From NCBI GenBank assembly GCA_026625185.1, contig CP113000.1, forward strand, positions 1,275,622 through 1,307,621: a stretch of DNA of 32,000 bases, in the 5' to 3' direction. The first letter of the stretch is position 1; each line of letters opens with the position of its first letter. Source of the stretch: Thermodesulfobacteriota bacterium (GTDB lineage: Bacteria; Desulfobacterota; WTBG01; JAGOGO01). This document shows positions 23,907 to 31,573 of the stretch, piece after piece. The notes beneath the pieces are model-generated. The model ran no database searches. It worked only from the letters and a program-made list of their open reading frames with translations, and was not told where the DNA came from. The translations under genes were made by a program, and so were the position numbers.

Positions 23907-25058
23907 TTATTTTAGGTTTCCCAGAATTTCTCGGCCAATAATGATTTTCTCTACCTCCTTTGTCCCTTCATAAATTTCCAAGACTTTGGCAGCCCGGTAA
24001 AATCGTTCAATGTCCTGATCATTGAAATACCCATAACCCCCATGGAGCTGCAGCGACTCATCCACCATTTCTACCGCAACATGACAGGCATAAAGTTTGG
24101 CCATCGCGGTCAGTTTCGTGTCGGGCCGGCCCTGGTCAAGTAACCACGCTGCCTTGTAAACCATGTTGCGGGCAGTCTCAACCTTGGTTGCCATCTCAGC
24201 TATTTTAAACTGAGTAACCTGAAAGGCTCCCAGGGGCTGGCCAAACTGTTTCCGCTCTTTGACGTGTTTGATTGCCATGTCCAGCGCCCCTTGAGCAAGT
24301 CCCACGGCATGTCCAGCCACATAGGCCCGGGATCGGTCAAAAAAATTCATCAGTTGAATAAATCCGTTTCCTTCCTTACCAATGAGATTTTCTTGGGGAA
24401 CCCGGACATCGGTGAAATAGATGCTGGCGGTGTCCGAACACCTTATCCCCATTTTCCCTTCCATCCGGTCGGCTTCGTAGCCTTTGCGATTAGTTTCCAG
24501 CAGAATAATGCTGTGGCGGCCGGTCTTGGATTTCTCTTCCGGATTGGTAAGGCAATAGACGAGCATATGGGTTCCTTTGGTGCCATTGCTGATCATGACT
24601 TTGCTGCCGTTAATAACATAGTCATTGCCGTCTTTTACCGCCGTGGTTGAAGCAGCAGCGGTGTCACTTCCGGCATCGGGTTCGGTGATGGCAAAACCAA
24701 AGATCGTGTTACCCTCAAAAATGGGGGGCAAAAATTTCTTTTTCTGTTCCTCGGTTCCGTAAAGAAGCAGCTCTTCGACGCCAAAACTAATGGTGCAAAG
24801 CTGCTGGCCAATGCCGGGGTCTACCCTCCAAAACTCCTCTAAAACCATCGCCTGTTCCAGATACCCGAACCCAGGCCCGCCGTATTCTTCAGGAATAAAA
24901 AGACCGACCAGACCGAGTTCCTTTGCTTTCTTGATTATCTCTTCGGGAAAGGTCTCGTTTAAATCATACTCACGGGCAACATCGGTAAACTCCCCAACCG
25001 CAAAATCCCGTGCTGCTTTTTTGATGTCTCTTTGTTCATTAGTTAAATCAAAATTCAT
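23907..25058 (-). CDS. Acyl-CoA dehydrogenase (short/medium-chain ACAD type; substrate not assignable)
   Basis: The 383-aa ORF has an SD (AAGGAGG-N7-ATG). ACAD motifs include FAITEPDAGSD, GSKVMISNG and QLHGGYGY, with the catalytic Glu in EIYEGTKEV. Confidence 0.88.
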   Translation of the reverse strand: MNFDLTNEQRDIKKAARDFAVGEFTDVAREYDLNETFPEEIIKKAKELGLVGLFIPEEYGGPGFGYLEQAMVLEEFWRVDPGIGQQLCTISFGVEELLLYGTEEQKKKFLPPIFEGNTIFGFAITEPDAGSDTAAASTTAVKDGNDYVINGSKVMISNGTKGTHMLVYCLTNPEEKSKTGRHSIILLETNRKGYEADRMEGKMGIRCSDTASIYFTDVRVPQENLIGKEGNGFIQLMNFFDRSRAYVAGHAVGLAQGALDMAIKHVKERKQFGQPLGAFQVTQFKIAEMATKVETARNMVYKAAWLLDQGRPDTKLTAMAKLYACHVAVEMVDESLQLHGGYGYFNDQDIERFYRAAKVLEIYEGTKEVEKIIIGREILGNLK

Positions 25059-25200
25059 CTCAATGCCTCCTTTGTTAGTACGCCAATAACAATCGCATAT
25101 AGATTATGGAGTTACGCCACTATTTTTTAATAAAATTGCCACCAGCTTCAATACTAACCATCTTTTACTTGCACCACGGAACGCAACTCACCCGGGGGTG

Positions 25201-27183
25201 CTAAAGCAAATCCACCAGTACTTCCGCCAGATCCTTCACTTCGATCTTATTTTCATATCCGGCGGTCTTGACTGCGTCCTCCAGCATGCTCAGGCAGAAA
25301 GGACAAGCCGTTATAAGGAGCTCGGCCCCGACTTCAGCCGCATCCCGAGCACGAAGCTCGGATATTTTTTCCCTGGCTTCGAATTCTTCCATCCAGACCC
25401 GGCCACCGCCTCCACCGCAGCAAAAGCTGTTGCGCCGGTTTCTTTTCATCTCCACAAATGTAACTCCCGGGATCGCCCGGATAACCATCCGCGGTGCATC
25501 ATAAATCCCACAGTGCCTTCCCAGGTAGCAGGGATCGTGATAGGTCACCCGCTTTTCTAACTTTTTGGAAATTGTCAGCTTCTTTTCCTGGATCAGCCTT
25601 GCTAGGAGTTCAGTATAGTGTTGAACTTTTATTTCCGACTCAGTTTGAATCTCAAGTTTTTTGCGATAAAGCGGGTATTCATCCCGCAACATCTTTAACC
25701 CATGGGGACAGGTGGTCACGATCTCTTTAACGCCGCACTCTTCGAGTGTTTCGTAATTTTTCATGATCAACTCTTCTAAAAGCCCTTCCTCGCCGATCCT
25801 TTTTGGCATATCTCCACAGCAGGATTCTTTGTTTCCGAGAATGCCAAAGTCCAATCCTGCCTTACTAAATACTCCTGCTGCGCATCTGGCAATCTCCTGC
25901 AAACGATTATCGTATGCAGACGCGCAGCCTACGAAGTAAAGGAGCGCTGCTTTTGCTCCTTTGGAAAGGTCTTTTATCCCCAGGTCTTTTGCCCACTCCG
26001 TTCGTTTGTTCTTGGGTCCCTGATAAGGATTTCCGTACTTAAATATCGCCTCTAACATGGTCCCTACCATCGAGGGAACCTGGGTGCCTTCTTCTACCTT
26101 TGACCTCCGGATCTCGCGAATGATATCCAGACTGTTGATAGTTATTGGGCATTCTTCCACACACGCCCGACAGGTAGTACACATCCAGGCTTCTTCTCCC
26201 TGAAGGACTACGGTTTTTGAAACCTCAGTTACTGGTTTTTTTAACCATACGTTTACTAATCGGGAAACACGGTACTTCGTCTTTGCATAAACTTTCATCT
26301 TTTGATTTATTGCCCGAGGTGAGAGCGTCTCTCCGCTGACATTTGAAGGACATTTCGTCTCGCACCGATTACAACGGGTACAGGCATCAAAGGCAACAAG
26401 GCGGCGACGGCTAAATTCCTGGGTCAGTTTTTCTCTTTCTTCCAGAGTCATCACTTCTGAAGGAAGCGTTTCGAGAATTACATTAAGAGGGCTAGTGATT
26501 ACGTGAAATAATTTGGAAAAAGGCAGGTAGCCGAAAAGGAAGAAACTCAAAACCGAATGGATCCACCAGATGGTAACATGGCATTGGAGCGCATCTCCCC
26601 GGAGGAACCCGGCAAGGTATGCACCCACCGGCTCCCAGGATAACCATGGTTCTGGTTTGGCTTTCAGACGATATCCTTCGATAAGAAAGCCCGTGATACC
26701 AATTGTGAGAAGTAAAAACAGCACCAGGGGATCTTCAAGAAGATTATTCATTTTCCCGGCCTTGAGGAGATACCGCCGGATCAGGGCCATTATCAAACCA
26801 ACAATAAACAACAGCCCAACGATATCGAGGGTCAAAGAATAATACAAATAAATTGGCCCGCTTAGAAAATTAAAAATATAATCATTAAAGGCTGATAATA
26901 CCGTCCCCAGGAATAAAATAAAAAAACCCCACATGATGAACATGTGCATGAGCCCTCCAAAGAGGTCTCGGGAAAAGATCTTGGCGTTTCCCAGAATTTG
27001 TTTTAGGGTTGCTGAAAAAACCCGCGAAAGATCTAACGTGTTTTTGCCGGGCCAGCCTTGCAACCAAACCCAGATATTCCGGTAACAACCACCAAGAAAA
27101 ATCACGACCGAAAAAGCAGCCAGAAGATAAAAAATCACGTGGTAGCTAATATTCCAAAATATCTCTCGCTCAGCCATGATCAT
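25201..27183 (-). CDS. Membrane-anchored HdrD/BamD-like Fe-S oxidoreductase (N-terminal ~5-TM His-containing domain + 2x[4Fe-4S] + two CCG domains; architecture of ETF:menaquinone oxidoreductase-type enzymes)
   Basis: The 660-aa ORF has about 5 predicted TM helices in the first 230 aa, with conserved-looking His residues (MHMFIMW, WWIHSV, LFHVI). Ferredoxin motifs [12 protein letters not shown] and [12 protein letters not shown] follow, then CCG motifs (NKESCCGD...TTCPHG and [12 protein letters not shown]...TACPFCLSM). The soluble part is visibly paralogous to bamD in this window. The start is ATG 27183 or ATG 27177. Confidence 0.75.
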   Translation of the reverse strand: [660 protein letters not shown]

Positions 27184-27520
27184 CGCCTTCCTTATTTTGA
27201 CATTCTTACGCTGGCTTAAAAATATTAACGTAAGGTTTCGTTTACCTCCCCTTAAGTTGAACGTGTATCAACCGTTAAACACTATGCCTTCGAATAATGA
27301 CTCGTTGCTTGTTTCGATGGCTTTTCCCATTGCCAGAACATAGTCAACCATTAAAAGGCACCGTGTCAAGAGAAAAAATATCCACTCCTAAAAAAGAAAG
27401 TTACCACCAGCTGGCTCATAACTAATGGTTACCGAACATCTATTTAGGAGGAGACGATCCCTTTTATTCACCTCCTTTGACAACATTTAATTTGAGGCAA
27501 TTCGTACTGTAAATGCATTC

Positions 27521-27549
27521 TTGACAGAGGTTATTTTTTCTTTTATCAT
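27521..27549 (+). promoter_or_regulatory. Sigma70-type promoter for the DUF4416-yicC-remA-gmk unit (TTGACA-N17-TATCAT)
   Basis: The -35 hexamer TTGACA is at 27521-27526 and the -10 hexamer TATCAT at 27544-27549, with a 17-nt spacer. An unusually U-rich ~70-nt leader follows. Confidence 0.55.
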
Positions 27550-27626
27550 CTAAAAAACCTGCTGGGGCCGCCTGCGGGACGATTTTTAAAAGAAAATTTT
27601 TTATTTTTTATTTTTTTTGTTTTTCT

Positions 27627-28169
27627 GTGGGAATTCCAGCTTTTCCTGTTCATGTTAAGCTTATTGCCAGCATAATCTGCCAGAAAGAAGGCACTTTTTC
27701 GAGTGTCATCAAGGAAATGGTTAGCCATTTTGGTTCTCTTGATTTTGTCAGCGCAACCATGCCCTTTGATTTTACTGATTATTATATTGAGGAGATGGGA
27801 AAAAACCTTTGGCGGAGGATCGTGGGGTTTGAAACCTTAATACATCCGGAAACGCTTTCCTCAATCAAGCTGTTGACCAATACTCTGGAAAAATCGTTTT
27901 CCCCTGATCCCCAAAAACGGACGGTGAATATTGACCCTGGGTATATGAACCGGTATCACTTAATTTTAGCCACAACCAAACCAGCGCCTCACCGCCCTTA
28001 TCTCAAGGATGGCATTTATGCGGATTTGACGTTAATCTACCAGGAAAAAGATTTTAAAAACCTCCCCTGGACCTATCCTGATTATGGGTCAGCGGGTATA
28101 AAGGCGATTCTGAAGGAACTTCGTCAAAAATACCTTTTTCAATTAAAAAGCTTTAGGAAAGGCTCTTGA
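27627..28169 (+). CDS. DUF4416-family protein (function unknown)
   Basis: The 180-aa ORF starts at GTG. The motif pattern NIDPGYMNRYHLILATTKPAPHRPYL.DGIYADLTLIY....F..LPWTYPDY matches my recollection of DUF4416. Its stop overlaps the yicC start (TGATG). Confidence 0.6.
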   Translation: MGIPAFPVHVKLIASIICQKEGTFSSVIKEMVSHFGSLDFVSATMPFDFTDYYIEEMGKNLWRRIVGFETLIHPETLSSIKLLTNTLEKSFSPDPQKRTVNIDPGYMNRYHLILATTKPAPHRPYLKDGIYADLTLIYQEKDFKNLPWTYPDYGSAGIKAILKELRQKYLFQLKSFRKGS

Positions 28170-29041
28170 TGAAAAGCATGACCGGATATGCCCGGGAAGC
28201 AGGGCGCATTGGCGACCGGCTTTGGGTCGTAGAGATTAAAACAGTTAACCACCGGTTTTTAGATATTTTTCTCAAAACCCCCAAGTCATTAGCACCCCTG
28301 GAATTATCTCTAAAAAAATATCTGGGAACCAAAATTGCCCGGGGAAGGGTTGATGCAACCATTCAAATGGAAAACGGGGCGGGGAATAATTTTCGGGTAA
28401 GCTTAAATCTCCCCCTGGCAAAAGAATACTATAAGCTCATTAATAAATTAAAAGAAGACCTTGCCCTGCAGGAAAACATTTCCTTGCAGCACATCATATC
28501 ATTCCAGGATGTCCTGATCGTGGAAAAAAATGAGGACCACGTTATTCAGGAGGAAGAAATTAAGATTATTGTAGAGCAAGCCCTTGATTCTCTTAACACC
28601 ATGAGAGAAGTAGAAGGGGAGGCTTTAAAACAAGACCTTCAACAACGGATCACTAACATTGGCCGACTCGTTTCCGACATTGAAGCTTCCTCCTCGCGGC
28701 TGACCAGTGCTTATCGAGAAAAAATACTGAAACGTTTTCAGGACCTCAACCTCCCTTTTACCCTTGACGAACCACGCTTTCTGACTGAGGTCTTCCTTTT
28801 GGCGGAAAGAGCGGACATCACCGAGGAGATTGTGCGGGCGAAAAGCCATCTTAAGCAGTGCCAGGAGTTGCTTGGTCTTTCGGACGCCATCGGCCGCAAG
28901 CTCGATTTTACTCTCCAGGAAATAAACCGGGAAGTAAACACCATGAGCGCTAAGGCAAGTGACGCGAAAGTCTCTCAAGCCGTCATAGAGATAAAAAGCG
29001 ATCTGGAAAAAATGCGCGAGCAAGTACAAAATGTGGAATAA
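28169..29041 (+). CDS. yicC: YicC-family protein (stress-induced; YicC N-terminal + DUF1732 C-terminal domains)
   Basis: From ATG 28169 the product begins MKSMTGYAREAG, the typical YicC start (the track begins one codon earlier at TTG). The C-terminus reads LQEINREVNTMSAKASD...EIKSDLEKMREQVQNVE. Confidence 0.88.
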   Translation: MKSMTGYAREAGRIGDRLWVVEIKTVNHRFLDIFLKTPKSLAPLELSLKKYLGTKIARGRVDATIQMENGAGNNFRVSLNLPLAKEYYKLINKLKEDLALQENISLQHIISFQDVLIVEKNEDHVIQEEEIKIIVEQALDSLNTMREVEGEALKQDLQQRITNIGRLVSDIEASSSRLTSAYREKILKRFQDLNLPFTLDEPRFLTEVFLLAERADITEEIVRAKSHLKQCQELLGLSDAIGRKLDFTLQEINREVNTMSAKASDAKVSQAVIEIKSDLEKMREQVQNVE

Positions 29042-29056
29042 ACAAGGGAGGGCGAT

Positions 29057-29329
29057 ATGGATAGAAGATTGTTAAACGTTGGGTTTGGAAATGTGGTGAT
29101 GGCATCCCGGGTGGTGGCGATCATCAATCCGGGTTCATCTCCTACCAAACGCCTCAAGGAAGAAGCGAGGGAAGCAAGAAAACTCGTTGATGTCACCCAG
29201 GGAAGAAAGACCCGCTCGATTATTATCACGGATAGTGATCACGTGGTGCTTTCCGCGATAGAGGCGGGAACAGTGGCGAACCGTCTGTTGTCGGATTCTC
29301 AAAAGAGTGGAGAAGGGAAAGAGCAATAA
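29057..29329 (+). CDS. remA: DUF370/RemA-family small protein
   Basis: The 90-aa ORF reads LLNVGFGNVVMASRVVAIINPGSSPTKRL...VDVTQGRKTRSIIITDSDHVVLSAI. It sits in the conserved yicC-remA-gmk position. Confidence 0.85.
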   Translation: MDRRLLNVGFGNVVMASRVVAIINPGSSPTKRLKEEAREARKLVDVTQGRKTRSIIITDSDHVVLSAIEAGTVANRLLSDSQKSGEGKEQ

Positions 29330-29937
29330 TGGAAACCGGCCTTTTATTCATCGTTTCCGGCCCTTCGGGGACCGGAAAAAGCACGCTCTGCAAAGATTTA
29401 ATGAAACTTATACCCGACATACACTTTTCCGTATCATACACAACGCGCTTGCCCCGCAAGGACGAACGACCTGGAGAAGCCTATCACTTTGTTTCGCGGG
29501 AAACCTTTACCGCGATGATTGATAAAGGAGAATTTGCTGAGTGGGCGGAAATTTATGGCCACCTCTACGGTACTCCCCGGCCGGTTATTGAGCAGACCCT
29601 TCGTAAGGGAAAGGATCTTCTTTTTGATATTGACGGTCAGGGCTCGCGACAACTTAAAAAAAATTATCCCCGCGCGATAACTATTTTTCTCATCCCTCCC
29701 TCACTTGAAGAACTTGCAAAAAGACTCCAAAAAAGAGAAACCGACTCTTCGGCAGTCATCAGGGAGCGGGTTACCAAAGCCTGCGCGGAGATCGCTCAAG
29801 CACCAGACTATGCTTATATTATTATCAATGACATCTACGCTCAAGCTCTTCAGGCGCTTCATTCCATTGTCTTGGCGGAGAAACACCGTGGAGAGCGCAT
29901 GAAAAAATATCTAACCATTTTTGGCAAACCCCGTTAA
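29329..29937 (+). CDS. gmk: Guanylate kinase
   Basis: The 202-aa ORF has a start that overlaps the remA stop (TAATG). It has the P-loop SGPSGTGKSTL, the YTTR motif (SVSYTTRLPRKDE) and GEFAEWAEIYGHLYGT. Confidence 0.92.
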   Translation: METGLLFIVSGPSGTGKSTLCKDLMKLIPDIHFSVSYTTRLPRKDERPGEAYHFVSRETFTAMIDKGEFAEWAEIYGHLYGTPRPVIEQTLRKGKDLLFDIDGQGSRQLKKNYPRAITIFLIPPSLEELAKRLQKRETDSSAVIRERVTKACAEIAQAPDYAYIIINDIYAQALQALHSIVLAEKHRGERMKKYLTIFGKPR

Positions 29938-29991
29938 AAGGACTTGCCACGAGGGATTTACTCCTTGTGAAAAAGTGTAAAAAACTTTTAA

Positions 29992-30219
29992 GGTTACGCC
30001 GTGCTTTTTCACCCCGTTAGCATTTCTCTTATTAGAAAGATTTGCCCGGCGGAATTTCTCATGGTTACTCCGGGAGTACGAGCGAGGGACGCCAAGGAAG
30101 ATGATCAGAAGCGGGTCCTTACTCCCCGCGAAGCAATACACGCAGGCGCGGATTATTTAGTGATTGGCCGCCCCATCCTTCGTGCTTCTGGTCAGAAAAT
30201 CGCGGCCAAAAGATTGTAG
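29992..30219 (+). pseudogene. pyrF: 5'-truncated fragment of orotidine-5'-phosphate decarboxylase (only the C-terminal ~70 codons)
   Basis: The open frame from 29992 reads ...SLIRKICPAEFLMVTPGVRARDAKEDDQKRVLTPREAIHAGADYLVIGRPILRAS... This matches the PyrF C-terminal signature FLLVTPGIR...DQKRV.TP..AI..G.DY.VVGRPI. A TAA stop lies immediately upstream at 29989-29991. Only ~55 bp separate it from the gmk stop, so about 160 N-terminal codons are missing. Confidence 0.6.
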
Positions 30220-30262
30220 ACGATAGGGCTGGCGCGCTCATATAACGATCCTTTTTTTGCGC

Positions 30263-31003
30263 ATGGAAGAAAAAATCTTTGGCATAAATCCTATCCTGGA
30301 AATCCTTAAATCCACCCCCGAACGGATCCAGCAGGTTTATCTACCCGCGGGAGATCTTAAAGATAAAAAGTCTCTGATTTATTCTCTTGCCCGGCACCAT
30401 AATATCAAGGTGCATCGTATCTCCCAATCCAGGTTTTCTTTTCTCGTGGGGGATGTGTCTCATCAGGGTGTCGTTGGAATAGTCTCTCCGTATACCTACC
30501 AATCCTTAGAGTCACTTCTGGAAAACCGGCACAGGACAAAGGGAAAAGCGCTTTTTTTGATTTTAGACGGAGTCGAAGATCCCCGGAACTTTGGGGCGAT
30601 AGTGCGAAGCGCCCATGCCGCAGGTGTCCACGGTGTCATCGTCGCCAAGCACCGGTCAGCTCCGATCAATGAAGCGGCGTTTAAAGCGTCAGCCGGCGCC
30701 TTTGCTCACACCCCGGTCTGCCGGGTGACCAATATTGCCTCGACCTTAGAAACCTTAAAAAAGGAAGGCATCTGGATTGTCGGGACGGATGCGAGCGCTG
30801 AGCAATCTCTTTATTCAATTGATTTAACGATGGATGTGGCGGTGGTCATTGGCGGTGAGGGAAAAGGCATGCACCAGCTGGTTAAAAAACACTGTGACTT
30901 TCTGCTCTCTATCCCCACGCGCGGGAAAATCAACTCCTTAAACGCTTCAATTGCTGCTGCCGTTGTGCTCTATGAAATTATCCGCCAACGGCATTTCGGT
31001 TAA
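30263..31003 (+). CDS. rlmB: SpoU/TrmH-family 23S rRNA (guanosine-2'-O)-methyltransferase, RlmB-like
   Basis: The N-terminal region reads EEKIFGINPILEILKS. SPOUT motifs include LDGVEDPRNFGAIVRSA, VVIGGEGKGM and IPTRGKINSLNASIAAAVVLYE. I use ATG 30263, while the track uses TTG 30257. Confidence 0.82.
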   Translation: MEEKIFGINPILEILKSTPERIQQVYLPAGDLKDKKSLIYSLARHHNIKVHRISQSRFSFLVGDVSHQGVVGIVSPYTYQSLESLLENRHRTKGKALFLILDGVEDPRNFGAIVRSAHAAGVHGVIVAKHRSAPINEAAFKASAGAFAHTPVCRVTNIASTLETLKKEGIWIVGTDASAEQSLYSIDLTMDVAVVIGGEGKGMHQLVKKHCDFLLSIPTRGKINSLNASIAAAVVLYEIIRQRHFG

Positions 31004-31016
31004 ATGCAATTGTTTT

Positions 31017-31568
31017 TCAGTCGCTGTCCAAACGTATTAGCCGCTGGCTTTTGCCAGCGCTAACAAGATTTAACTTCTCAATTATTTTTTCAGCAACGTC
31101 TTGGGGGGAGAGGTTATCCGTGTCGATAGCCACATGAGCAGCGGCCTGATACTTGGGGGTTCTTTCGGCGAGGACTTCCTGTACTTCTTCTAAAAAAGAT
31201 TTCCTCCGGGTAAGCGAGGGCCGATTGGTGTCTTCTTTGATCCGGCTGATGATAGTTTCCGGTTTGGCTTTAAGCCAGATAATAACCCCGTTCTGGCGAA
31301 GGCGTTCAATATTTTTAGGTCGCACCACGACTCCACCTCCGGCATCAATGATTGTTTGGTCCATATTGCCGGCTTTTTCAACTATCATCGCTTCCAGGCT
31401 CCGAAAAAATTCCCAGCCGTGTTTTTCTACAATCTGAGTAATACTCATTCCCCTGTCTTTCACGATCCCTTCGTCGAGATTGAATCGGGGCCATTTCAGA
31501 CGGGCTGATAATATGTTAGCGATGGTTGATTTTCCGGTTCCCCGGTATCCGATCAGAACAATGTTCAT
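31017..31568 (-). CDS. aroK: Shikimate kinase
   Basis: The 183-aa ORF begins MNIVLIGYRGTGKSTIANILSARL (P-loop) and contains IIDAGGGVV. It lies immediately downstream of the aroE-like gene, with a 5-bp gap. Confidence 0.88.
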   Translation of the reverse strand: MNIVLIGYRGTGKSTIANILSARLKWPRFNLDEGIVKDRGMSITQIVEKHGWEFFRSLEAMIVEKAGNMDQTIIDAGGGVVVRPKNIERLRQNGVIIWLKAKPETIISRIKEDTNRPSLTRRKSFLEEVQEVLAERTPKYQAAAHVAIDTDNLSPQDVAEKIIEKLNLVSAGKSQRLIRLDSD

Positions 31569-31573
31569 GTCTC

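Noticed and set aside
24264-24650. 128-aa plus-strand ORF.
   Set aside because: It is antisense to the acyl-CoA dehydrogenase gene and is a shadow ORF.
27560-27626. The T-rich tract could be a rho-independent terminator.
   Set aside because: I could not build a stable GC-rich hairpin immediately upstream; the best is 3-4 bp around GCCGCCTGCGGG. It also lies downstream of a good promoter and upstream of a gene on the same strand.
29938-30256. I expected an rpoZ gene after gmk.
   Set aside because: No frame on either strand encodes an omega-subunit-like peptide. The only meaningful frame is the pyrF C-terminal fragment.
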